Shown piece after piece: positions 1-11,600 of a stretch of DNA of 20,000 bases. The position numbers and the translations under genes are program-made. The stretch lies in assembly GCA_048213135.1 (NCBI GenBank), contig PS015118.1:136914-156913 (forward strand), read 5' to 3'. The stretch's first letter is position 1. Each line of letters begins with the position of its first letter. The notes beneath the pieces are model-generated. The model was not told the DNA's origin and searched no databases. It saw only the letters and a program-made list of their open reading frames with translations. Source of the stretch: Reclinomonas americana ATCC 50394 (Eukaryota).

Positions 1-2660
1 CTTTATGCTGGCGGACTTTGTGGCAACTAGTCCCTCAGAGCTGCAGGTGGCCATTGGCGGAGCGCCGTTGACGCCGTCGGGGAGGTGGAGCGTGTGTATT
101 GATGTGGACAGTGTTCACAGAAGAGCTGGAACTCACTCGAAACTCGGGACCACGGAGCTTGTCGTCGGTGTGTGTGGGGGGTTGTCGGTACTGTGTGCGC
201 GTGTATGTTCTTGAGTGGTGATTGATTGGATTCCGCTGTTCCATCAGTTGGTGTTGACTCCTTCTCACCACGAACCCTGTTGGCCACCGACTCTTCTGCC
301 GCCCTGATTCTGAGCGGATACAGTCTTCAACCTGGAGCAAATGTGCGCTCTGTGTTCCTGGTTCCCTTGCAGTCATCCACCGCCGTTGGAGCCTGTTCGG
401 CATCGCCAGTTGCCAGTCGGCTTTCATGCTCACTGTCTGCGAGTGCCTCTACCGCCGATACGCAACTGGTAATCGTTGTTCCTTCTGGTGGTTTGCCAGC
501 AACTGTGTATCAGGTGTGAACATGATTGTTGGTGATTGTGCACACATAACCTGGCCTCATCAATGACTCGCAGATTTGTGTGGACTACACACTCAATTCG
601 CCTGGAACACTGATTCCCATTGTCGGCACACCACTGCTGTATGCCGGTCGCGTCGACACTCTGATCACCACGGCTGTCGCGGCATTGGATGCGACAGCGG
701 CTGTGGAGCTGCACGGTTTGTGTATGTTTGTGTATGCGATGGACACACTGTTTGACAAGACGATCTTCTCACCGTGTCTCTGCGTTAAGGAATCGGCCTG
801 TCACCGCTGTCCATCCGGCGTGTGGTATTCGATCCCACCGGTGCCTGCGACACAACTGCAAGCACATTTGTTGTCGTTCCCGGTTCCTCGGTGATCGTAC
901 CCGATCCCTCCGTCATTGACGGCAGCGCAATCAAGGTGCCGCTCGGCTCTGACGGCAACCGCGGGCTTGCGCCAGGCGTGTATGCCGTGTGCGTGGAGTG
1001 GACGGCGGCACCCATTGGTCGCCTCGTCCGCGTGGGTCCGGGCGACGGCACTCAGTCGGTTCACACGGGTAAGTTGTACGAGACGACGAGTTCAGTTGCT
1101 GCTATTGTATTCCACTGACGCGCACGTCTGCCTTCCACAGCCATTGCGACCACCATGCAGCCGCTCACCCTACTCCCGAACACTCCGCAGTCCACACTGA
1201 CGCTTTTCGGCGTGGCGCTGGACATGGCGCTGAGTGTGTTGTCGGTGGAGTTGCAACTCGGCTACGCCTGTCGGCCGGCAGGGACCGGTGTGATCGTGCA
1301 ACCGACGACGGTGACAACGACAATCGACAAGACGCAACTGCGGATGTTGTTGGCCAACGGATTGCCGCCGGGCCAGTGGGTTATTTGTGTCAACCTGCGA
1401 GGCAGACCTGTTGCTGCTGGGTCACCGCTCATCAAGTGGCCAGTGGCCGACGACGGGAACGAAGTCCTCGTGGCGCAGACAGTGTCTGTGACGCCGACTG
1501 CCGTACTGCGCCAGGACACCACATCGCGAGTGACTGTGATAGGTGTCGGACTGCGCGCCGCTGTCAGTGTGCGCAGTGTTCGTCTGGTGCCTGGCATGCT
1601 GTGCGCGCCGTTCACGGCTGACACTGTGGAGGCCACCTTGGCGCCGCGTGCCGCCGGTACTGTGGATGATGCCAGTCGGATTGTGGCATTCGTAGGTTCC
1701 TTGCCGCGCGACACGTACACGGTGTGTGTCGACGTGACTGCCAACGTCATGATCTCCTATGCATCGTTTGCCACAATCTCTGTTGGTTTGTCTGGTATCA
1801 TTGCTGTGCTTGCAAGCCGCTGTCGGTTCTCATGGTTGTGTCCGTCGCCTTTGTGTTTTTCATTGCAGCCTCGACCACGCGACTGGAACCTCAAGCAATT
1901 GCTCTATACGCTCCGCCTCCCACCGTGACTGTCTTTGGTGCCAATCTCGCGCCAGGACCTCTGCTGCGACGCATTCGTCTGCAGCGGGAGGCTCTGTCGT
2001 GTACTGCCTTGGCCACGTCATCTGCGGTGGACAGTGGCTCAGCGGTGTGGCAAGATGGCGACCTTGCTGGCTTGGTGCAGGTCTCAGCGGATGGATCTCA
2101 GCTGTTTATCCGAGCCAGCCGATCCATCGACGCCGGCCGGTATGTGATGTGTTTCGACGCACTGGCCGGCGATCCGTCGGGGGCATTCGTGTCAGTCTCC
2201 TCAGATGCCATTTTTGTCGGTGAGGCACATTGGTGGTGATGGTGTGCCACTACTATGTCTCTCACGTTTGTCATGAACCAATCACTTTTTTCCCCGTGCG
2301 CAGCACGCATCTTTGGCTTCACGCCAGTGACGCTACCCGCCGCGGTGGAGACTACATCGCTCACGCTGTCTGGACTCGGGCTGCTACCTGTGGCTTCGAT
2401 TCGTGCCATTCGATTGGAGCCTCTGGCAACCGACGGTATATCGTCGTGCTCCACCAGCTCTGATCCGCCACGCACCGGCACTGTCGCCGTGGCAGTCACG
2501 GCCGACGTTTCGGCGGCGACCAATGTCGCGCACGAGACGGTGTTCTCTGGCTTTGTCCTCAGCCGCTTTGTTCGGCAATACGTGGTGTGTGTCGACATGC
2601 GCGCGATTCCACAGATCGACAGCTTTGCCACCATTCCAGGCGCCGTGCCGATTACTGTTG
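1..2660 (+). CDS. Exons 1-7: tandem roughly 110-aa IPT/TIG-like beta-sandwich repeats (at least 7, first one partial)
   Basis: Exons <1-167, 248-513, 574-715, 790-1068, 1141-1785, 1869-2219, 2304-2660, all joined in phase. Recurring pattern P-x-x-L...L-x-L-x-G-x-x-L...V-R-x-V-x-L...C...L-x-P-G-x-Y-x-V-C-V-D (GRWSVCIDV, TVYQICVDY, GVYAVCVEW, GQWVICVNL, DTYTVCVDV, GRYVMCFDA, RQYVVCVDM). The fold assignment is inference. Confidence 0.8.
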
Positions 2661-5600
2661 GTGGGTCGTGTGGATGCTGCTGCATCTGGTCAGTGTGATT
2701 CTGTCTCATCATGTGGTGGTGCATCCGCAGAATCGAGTATCCGACAGCAGATATCTGTGGGCGAGGTGATTCAGCGTCCACAGAATGTCACCCTCACCAT
2801 TCAGCTCGTGTCCGGCACGAATTCCGTTCGACACGCGTTGAGTGAAGTGGAGGCCCGAGTGGCGACCGACCACTTGCAGGTGTTGGTCAACGGAGCTCTC
2901 TGGTCGTCGACGGTCCCTAGTCCGTGCCCACAACCCACCACCTTCACGGAGAAAGTGCTGTGCGTGGTCACAGGTCTATTGCCGAACACCAATTATACGT
3001 TTTCGGTGGGACTCGCCAGCAACTTGGACTTTTCCGTGTCCACTGTTATTGTCAGCTGCGTCTTGCATGTGCTGTGCATGTCGCGGCGACCTTTAATCAC
3101 TTACTGTTCTTGCACTTTCTTTGTGTGCTGCAGGCAAGACGCTGCTTGTGCACTCGGCTTCGATGCGTTATGGTGGCAAACCGTCGTTCACGACGGCACC
3201 TGTGTTGCGTGCTGTTGTTATGCGTGCTGTGATTTCTGCTTTGCACTGAACGCTGTGGATGTTCAGCATCGTATCCGCGAGTGGTGCACCGGATCCTATA
3301 GAAGGGTGAGTGAGAGGGAGATGGAGAGGGAGACAGCGAGAGGGAGAAGGGGAGGAAGAGGGAGGGGAGAGGAAGAGGGAGAGGAAGAGAGAAGAGACAA
3401 GGAGAGGGAGAGGAAGAGAGCAGGGGAAGTGGGAGAGGCAGAGGGAGAGGGAGGGAGAGGGAGAGGGAGAGGGAGAGGGAAAGGGAGAGGGAGAGGGAGA
3501 GGGAGAGGGAGAGAAGAGGGTGAGAGAGAGAAGAGCGTGAGTGAGAGGGGAAGGGGATGGAAGGAGAGGGAGAGGGAGAGGGAAAGGGAAAGGGAGAGGG
3601 AGAGAGGTGGGGGCAAAGGGAGAGCGTGTGTAAAGTAAGAGAAAGATGACTGAGGACACGAGGAAAGAGAGGAGGGAAAAGAGAGGGGGAAGGGTAACTG
3701 AGGGAATGCAAACAGCGAGAGTGAGAGAGGAGGAGAGATATTGAGTATGTAGTGACGCGAAAGGGAGAGGAAGCGTGAGGGCGTATGGTGGTGTCGAGAG
3801 AAAAAAAGAGAGAGATGGGAAAGCAAGAGAGTTGGAGATTGTGAAAGGTCAAATTGATTGTGACTGAGTACTACTGCAGTAAATGCAGAGGGTACGTGAT
3901 TGTAGTGGGATGAGCGATGGAGTGACAGCGGGTGTGCATGTTTAAATGAAATGCTGCTCTTTGAAAGCTGCTTATGAGTGAGTGAGTGAGTGAGTGAGTG
4001 AGTGAGGAAGAGTGCAGTGAGTGAGGAAGAGGGCAGTGAGTGAGTGAGTGAGTGAGTGCAGTGAGTGTGTGAGTGAGTGAGTGAGTGAGTGCAGTGAGTG
4101 AGTGAGTGAGTGAGTGAGTGAGAAAGTGAGTGAGTGAGTGAGTGAGTGAGAAAGTGAGTGATTGTATTTGTGACAGTGCAGCGATGTGAGAGTGCGTACA
4201 TTTTGCGAGCTCACTTTGCGCCTGTGGCAGACCGAATCCACGCTTTGAGGTCGTGCAGAAGAAGGCCAGTGGTTTAACTCGAATTATCGACTGGGATCCA
4301 TCTACGTCGCCCTGCTTATGGTGAGTACAAACACATCACCTTGATGTGTAACTTGAAAATATCAGGCCCCTCTGATGCACCACTCTTGTAGGACGTCTGC
4401 TGCACCTGTTCTGTGCACTCTGGCTGGTCTCGAAGCGGCAACTGGATACTACGATTTCTATGTGCGCACGGTCACCGACGCGAATGCCGGTGACTTGATC
4501 TTGTCGCGGGAGCCCATCGTCACTGGTGGGCGAGAATGGAAAATGTCTTGTGCTTGGTGTCGTATATCTTTCCCCATTTACTCAATTCTTTTTTCTTGCC
4601 GCATTGCAGCATTCCATGATTTGGACCTCACCATCATCATGCGTTTCGTATTTGACTTGCGACTTGCGTATCTGCTTGTGCTGGCGGCTCACTCATGAGG
4701 TGTGTACAGAGGGAGCTGTGGTGGCAATCAATAGCCCGATCGCTGTGCATGCTACGCTGGTGGATCCAGATCGTAATCGTGCTCTTGTCGACGTCACAAG
4801 CACTGTCTTCAACTGGGGCTGTACGGTCGACGGTGTCGATTGCGGCAAGGTAGTGGTGACCACGGAGAGATCCGAATGGCTGTACATCTTGGACGGGTTT
4901 TCGCGGCCTGGACGGTGACTCTCACTCTGTGTGCATGTTTGAATGCTTGCAGCAAGTTATTCACCTGTGTTCTCCGAAAAGGTACATTTTTTCATGCAAC
5001 GCCATTCGTGGTGCGCGAAGTAAACAGGCCTCGTCCGACGTCGTGGTCACTGGTGACTCCACGACTATTTTCCGTGTGGTGAGTCCTCCGCTTCCATTAT
5101 CGGCAGGCGATTATTTCTGAAGCCTTCGATTGCTAAACGTCTTTTTNNNNNNNNNNNNNNNNNNNNNNNNNNNNNNNNNNNNNNNNNNNNNNNNNNNNNN
5201 NNNNNNNNNNNNNNNNNNNNNNNNNNNNNNNNNNNNNNNNNNNNNNNNNNNNNNNNNNNNNNNNNNNNNNNNNNNNNNNNNNNNNNNNNNNNNNNNNNNN
5301 NNNNNNNNNNNNNNNNNNNNNNNNNNNNNNNNNNNNCTTCAAGGGAACCAACCTGGAAGGTCCACATCGATGAATTCGCTCATGGTGAATGTAAACGCCG
5401 TCGAGCGAGCTACGCCGCTCAAAGGTGTCACCTCCAGAGTACCGACAGTCGGCAAGTCGTTGATGTTGAGCGTGACGGAAGGCACAGCTACAGAGATTGC
5501 AGGCAATCAAAGTCAGTCGCAGTCAATCATCCTGATGTGCCGAATGTGCTTTCAAATAAGACGCAACATATTGACGAATGCGACGCCGGAGTCGGCAGTG

Positions 5601-8600
5601 TCCACAACTCGAAGACATACTGCAGTCCTCCAGTGAGCGTACCACCAGTGATGCGCACAGTTGGCGGTTGTCCGGGTGGACCAGGTAGGAACACAAATGC
5701 CGGTTCTCCGAGAAGCAGCTCGGTCGTGCTCCCTGTATGAGAACAGTGAGGCCAAGAACGGAAAGGGGCGAGCAGCAGACACGCATGCGCATCAAGCGCG
5801 CACGCCATACTTGCACCGCCTCTTCTCCCTTCTGTTTCTTCCTCACCACTCTCCTCTCTAGTCGCTTCATCGCACTGTCTCTCTTCCCTGTCCTCTTTGT
5901 GTGACTCACCCTTGGCATACGCGCGCCACGAATACCGGTTGGCAGCAAGCACACCAGGGTCATCAACAACAGTGGCGCTAACGGATATACTGCGCAGAGG
6001 ATTGAGCCGTGCCACAGCTGCTCCAACGGCAACGGGTGACTCGGAAACCTGCGTNNNNNNNNNNNNNNNNNNNNNNNNNNNNNNNNNNNNNNNNNNNNNN
6101 NNNNNNNNNNNNNNNNNNNNNNNNNNNNNNNNNNNNNNNNNNNNNNNNNNNNNNNNNNNNNNNNNNNNNNNNNNNNNNNNNNNNNNNNNNNNNNNNNNNN
6201 NNNNNNNNNNNNNNNNNNNNNNNNNNNNNNNNNNNNNNNNNNNNNNNNNNNNNNNNNNNNNNNNNNNNNNNNNNNNNNNNNNNNNNNNNNNNNNNNNNNN
6301 NNNNNNNNNNNNNNNNNNNNNNNNNNNNNNNNNNNNNNNNNNNNNNNNNNNNNNNNNNNNNNNNNNNNNNNNNNNNNNNNNNNNNNNNNNNNNNNNNNNN
6401 NNNNNNNNNNNNNNNNNNNNNNNNNNNNNNNNNNNNNNNNNNNNNNNNNNNNNNNNNNNNNNNNNNNNNNNNNNNNNNNNNNNNNNNNNNNNNNNNNNNN
6501 NNNNNNTGGCAATCCTTGGTGTATGTTGCTCGTCACTGACAATTGACTATATAGTGACGTATCTACCGTTCTACGTCCACCCACTCTATGGTTACAAGGT
6601 TTGTGTGTGTCATCCATCCATATTGGAGAGGAGTGTACCCTCCGCACTGACTCTCACTGGGATGATTCAGGTGTATATGGCCTCCAGCACAATTCCGATC
6701 ATCAGGAGTGTAGTATTCCCACTGGCCGGCAACGCCGGTGGCTCCAACCTACTCACTGTTGCGTTTGTTTCTCTCGTCGCCTCATAACACCCTATTCGGC
6801 TCACAGTGTTTCTCGCGCAGGTTGGAGTGAGTGCTCGCGACACATATGGCGGTGCAGTGGATGTAACCACAACGATTGCTGTCGCGGGGCCCAGCGGCGG
6901 CGCAAGCCTGGCTGCCGATGCATTCTTCCTCCGGTCGAGCATCGCCAAAGCGTTGCTGCTGGATCCTGGGGATTTCAACGATGCCGAACTGGGTTCATCG
7001 ATGGCATTGTTACATGCGGGTGTCACGACGCTGAGCACCGGTGGAGCCAGCAATCTTGCCGCCGGTATGGAAAAGGAAGAGGAAGGAAAGGGAAAGGAAA
7101 GGGAGAGGGAGGGGAAGGAGGAGAAGGAGAGAGAGAGGGAGAGGGAGAGGGAGCGGCAGAGAGGAAGAGAGAGAGGGAGAGGGAGAGGGAAAGGGAACGG
7201 AGAACGGTGGGGGAGAGAAAGAGCGAGAGGGAGAGGGAGAGGGAGAGGGAGAGGGAGAGGGAGGGGGAGGGGGAGGGGGAGGGAAGAGGGAAGAGGGAAG
7301 AGGGAGAGGAAAAGGGAAAGGAGAGGGAGAGGGAGAGAGAGAGAGAGNNNNNNNNNNNNNNNNNNNNNNNNNNNNNNNNNNNNNNNNNNNNNNNNNNNNN
7401 NNNNNNNNNNNNNNNNNNNNNNNNNNNNNNNNNNNNNNNNNNNNNNNNNNNNNNNNNNNNNNNNNNNNNNNNNNNNNNNNNNNNNNNNNNNNNNNNNNNN
7501 NNNNNNNNNNNNNNNNNNNNNNNNNNNNNNNNNNNNNNNNNNNNNNNNNNNNNNNNNNNNNNNNNNNNNNNNNNNNNNNNNNNNNNNNNNNNNNNNNNNN
7601 NNNNNNNNNNNNNNNNNNNNNNNNNNNNNNNNNNNNNNNNNNNNNNNNNNNNNNNNNNNNNNNNNNNNNNNNNNNNNNNNNNNNNNNNNNNNNNNNNNNN
7701 NNNNNNNNNNNNNNNNNNNNNNNNNNNNNNNNNNNNNNNNNNNNNNNNNNNNNNNNNNNNNNNNNNNNNNNNNNNNNNNNNNNNNNNNNNNNNNNNNNNN
7801 NNNNNNNNNNNNNNNNNNNNNNNNNNNNNNNNNNNNNNNNNNNNNNNNNNNNNNNNNNNNNNNNNNNNNNNNNNNNNNNNNNNNNNNNNNNNNNNNNNNN
7901 NNNNNNNNNNNNNNNNNNNNNNNNNNNNNNNNNNNNNNNNNNNNNNNNNNNNNNNNNNNNNNNNNNNNNNNNNNNNNNNNNNNNNNNNNNNNNNNNNNNN
8001 NNNNNNNNNNNNNNNNNNNNNNNNNNNNNNNNNNNNNNNNNNNNNNNNNNCCATCTCTCACGTACCAACTGAGGTCGGAGTGTCTCCAGCAGATCTGAGT
8101 CCTGTCGTGCAATCTCGAAAGCAAACGCTTCGCCATTGGAGGCATCGAGCGCCAGCGGCTGCCCGTAGGCATTCTGCAGCGTAACCCGCTGGATGGGGCT
8201 TCCCAGAACGGTGGTGTTGCGCGGCGCTGGATAGGGACTCAGATCTGACGAAACAAGTCAGACGAGTCGAAGTGGCAGACGGGAATAAACGACGGCGACG
8301 AAACTCGACGCCACAGTAGCGGACACGAAAATCGGTGTCGTGGCAAACAGGCGAGCGGGAATGGTGGGAGGAAACTGGTACTGTGTCAGCAGCGAGTTCG
8401 CATTCGAGTCCACCGTGCCGCCAATCTGTGGCACCACGCCTGTTGACCCGTTGGTCGACATGTTGCTGAAGGCGATGAACTGGGTGCGGAGGAGAGTGAG
8501 AATAATCACATACATCCATTCATATCCGACGGGAGAGAGAGAGAGAGAGAGAGAAACAGAGAATAAAGTGAGTGCGCAGAGAGGCCCATCCATATACTCT

Positions 8601-11600
8601 CTCTCTCTCTCTCTCCACTACTACGCACGCACCCACACACTCTTTTTCAGCAAAAAAACAGTCGCTCAGGTACTCCCTCAGATAAACATGCGGAGCGAGA
8701 CAGACATTCGCATGCGGGCTCAGAGAAAGAGAGGGACAGTCACAGACACACGGAAACATGGATTTGTTGTGAGACAAAAAACAGAACAAATACAGGCACA
8801 TTGTGAATGTACCACCATTGCCGGCTGCGGCGCAAAAGCAGCTCAGATAACTCATTCTCACATAGGACCGAAGGCAAGAACAAGAAAAAGGACACAGTGA
8901 AAGAAACTGACGCAAACCACACCGACAGTAATGATCGAATAACAAGAAGACACACTGCATCTCTCTTGCCCTTCTCCTTTCCCTATTTTTATCCTCCATC
9001 ATACCTGTACCCCCGGCACTGGTGTGCTTGCTGAAAAGTGCGCCGCCACCAATTGCATCGAGTTGCCGATGACCATGGTCGCCACTTCACCCGTGGCCTT
9101 GGTGTTGACAGATCGGAAGCCAACATCAGCCAGCGCTGAAACTCCGGCCGCCGCCAGCTGCTGGAATGCATGCGAGTCACTGCCTGCACTCGCAGATACA
9201 GCACTCAGCGTGTTGTCGATCATGGCGCTGAATGTCTGTGACATGGACCGTGCATCAGGGCCACNNNNNNNNNNNNNNNNNNNNAGAGTGTGCGCTGAGT
9301 GTGGATTGATCGACGTCTAATGTAATTGTGGTGCAGAGTGACTTGCTCGAGTACTTGGATAATTGCGGTGTGCGATCAACGTCTGCGACCGCATCATCGA
9401 CTTCATCTCCGACCGGAGAAACCACGCTCGTCTCGCTGAATAATTCTCGTTGCGTGTGCGCGTGTGTGTGTGTGTGTGTGTCTCGAATCGTGTGACACCT
9501 TTTGGCGACTTGCAAAGTCACTGTGGCGTGCGTAGATTGCGATCAATATGTCCCACGAAATACCACATTCAATTGTACGTCATGGTGTTGTTGGTGTGCT
9601 TCAGTGCAGCTGCATGTTCGTGTTACTGATATTCTCTCGATGCAGCCGTGGTCTCTCAGTTCAGCCGCTTGTGCGTCTACTGGAATGAGACGCAGTCGGC
9701 GTGGCGCTCTGACGGGTGCTCAACGTTGCGCACGATCTCATTGGGGGGTGTTCCCTCAGCCTGCATTGAATCACTCCTTCGGTGTAGGTATGCTCGAGTG
9801 GCGAGTGGAACGCGAGATGTGGTGTCGTTTGTGTGTCTCTGCAATCACATGACAGATTTCAGCGTGAATTGTGCGTAACCGAAGGAGGGAGGGAGTGAAG
9901 GGTGAAGGGAAGAGGAGAGAAGAGAAATGGGAGAGGGAGAAGAGAATTGGGAGACGGAAATGGAAGAGAGGAAGAGAGAGAGAGAAAGAGAGTAGAGATG
10001 AGGAAGAGGGAGGAACAAGGAGTGAATGAAGAGAGATGAAAGAGAGTAGAGAAGAGGAAGAAGGAGGAAAAAGGAGTGAATGTGGGAGTAGAGAAGGGGA
10101 AGAAAGAACGGAGAGAGAAGAGAGAGGGAAAAGGAGAGAGATGGATAGGATAAAAAGACAGAATAAACAAGAGGAGAGACGGGGAGAGGGAAGAGAAAGA
10201 TGAGAAAGAGGAAGAAGGAATAAGCGAAGCGAGAAAGAAAAGAGAGGAAGGAGAGGAAAAAGAGAAAGAGAAGAAGAAGAAGATCAAGAGTTTACAACAG
10301 CGGACCGAGAGAGAGGGAGAGGGGAAAGAGAGTGTGGCCTTCAGCCGGGGGGGTGATGAACAGTGCTCTGACTTGGTGTACTGATAACTTTGCGTTCCGT
10401 TTTGTTGCGGTGCAGTGCACGACATTTTCGACATTCACTTTACATTCGTATCGTTTCGTCGTTTGCATGACTGCCTTCGAGTGTTTTGTGGAGACTAACG
10501 TTGTGTGCGTAGTCCGGCCGACTTGCTGTCGCTGTTTACCGGACAACTCTTGCGGAGCTCGACCTTTGTGATTGTCGTCTGTGCGTAATGCGTGCGTGTG
10601 CCACGCACATCAACGAGATCCAGTGTGTCGCTGACTCCTCCCCGTCTCGTCGCAGTGATTCAAGTCATTTATCTGGTACAGCTATACATTGGCTACAAGC
10701 TCGACCAGGCGAGTGACAAGCAGCTCGTCCGTCATGTCAACATGTTGCGAATGCCGCTGAGGCGTGCCGTCTCGTATGGCGTGAAATTCGCCGGGTAAGC
10801 ACTGGCATTGCAGTTTCAGTTTGTTGAATGACCGTGACTCTTACTGTGAGGTACGCGTAGAGTATTCTCCACTGCCGATTTGCGAGAACGCGATCTGCAA
10901 CCGCATGATGCAGGTTCATTTGGATATTGATGTTTATTCCTGTGGAAGGTCGTAGTCAGGCTCACTTATAGAGTGCATGTAGACTCTCGGTTGGCATTGG
11001 CGAGGCATTTTATTGCTATCTCGCGGTTCCGACGTGCGTTTCAGTTGTGGTTTGACGTCATTTTGTTCATGCATCTCATCACGCGTGCGTCTGTACGCAG
11101 GTCTCGTTCATGCGGTGATTCGAGTCAACCGCAGTCGCGGATGGCTGAAACGGCGCATCGTGACGACGTGGACTGCCGTCGTCGGTATGTCTCAAGTCGT
11201 GAAAATCTCATCTGCCCAGTCTTGATGTTCACGTGATATCTGCTGTGCAGACAATCACTCGTGGATGTCGACGATTGTGTGTCCCAATGCCGATCGCTTC
11301 CGCAGAACGCAGCGCACGACGGTTTGATTTCGTACACCGTCGCTAGATTACCCCCGAATGTGTCCTCACACGATTCCATGTACAGACGCTTTGGTTCGCC
11401 GTCTGCTTGGCGCTGTACTGCAATGCGGTGTTTGCCGAGCAGGCGACGGTCACCGGTGCTGGGTCGGCTTTCTTGCGTGAGTTGCTGATTGGTGTTATAT
11501 CAGGTGCGAGAAGGGGTAAGGGGAAGGGGGAAGGGGGAAAGGAGGCAGGGGAAGGGGGGAACGGGAAAGGGGAAAGGGGAAAGGGGAAAGGGGAAAGGGG

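Larger units (their letters stand above)
5147..9284. other. Assembly gaps bounding the reversed blocks (5147-5336, 6055-6505, 7348-8050, 9265-9284)
   Basis: N runs in the sequence. Further gaps are at 16896-16915, 17316-17334 and 18532-19381. Confidence 0.98.

Noticed and set aside
3975-4161. Telomeric repeat
   Set aside because: The unit is GAGT, not a TTAGGG-type repeat, and it is internal to an intron.
3097-4241. Long ORFs rich in E/R/G or S/L/P/H on both strands
   Set aside because: They are translations of (GAGAGG)n and (GAGT)n intronic repeats, which have few stop codons.
5337-5636. Plus-strand reading LQGNQPGRSTSMNSLMV... as the next exon
   Set aside because: The minus strand gives a clear REJ motif with GT-AG sites and matching phases; the plus reading is its antisense shadow.
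5065-8184. ORFs of 300-500 aa spanning N runs
   Set aside because: Their length comes from undetermined bases.
5337-9264. Nested antisense genes or ciliate-style scrambled gene segments
   Set aside because: Both blocks are bounded exactly by N gaps, lack their own start and stop, show no visible pointer repeats, and break within introns. Mis-assembly is the simpler explanation.
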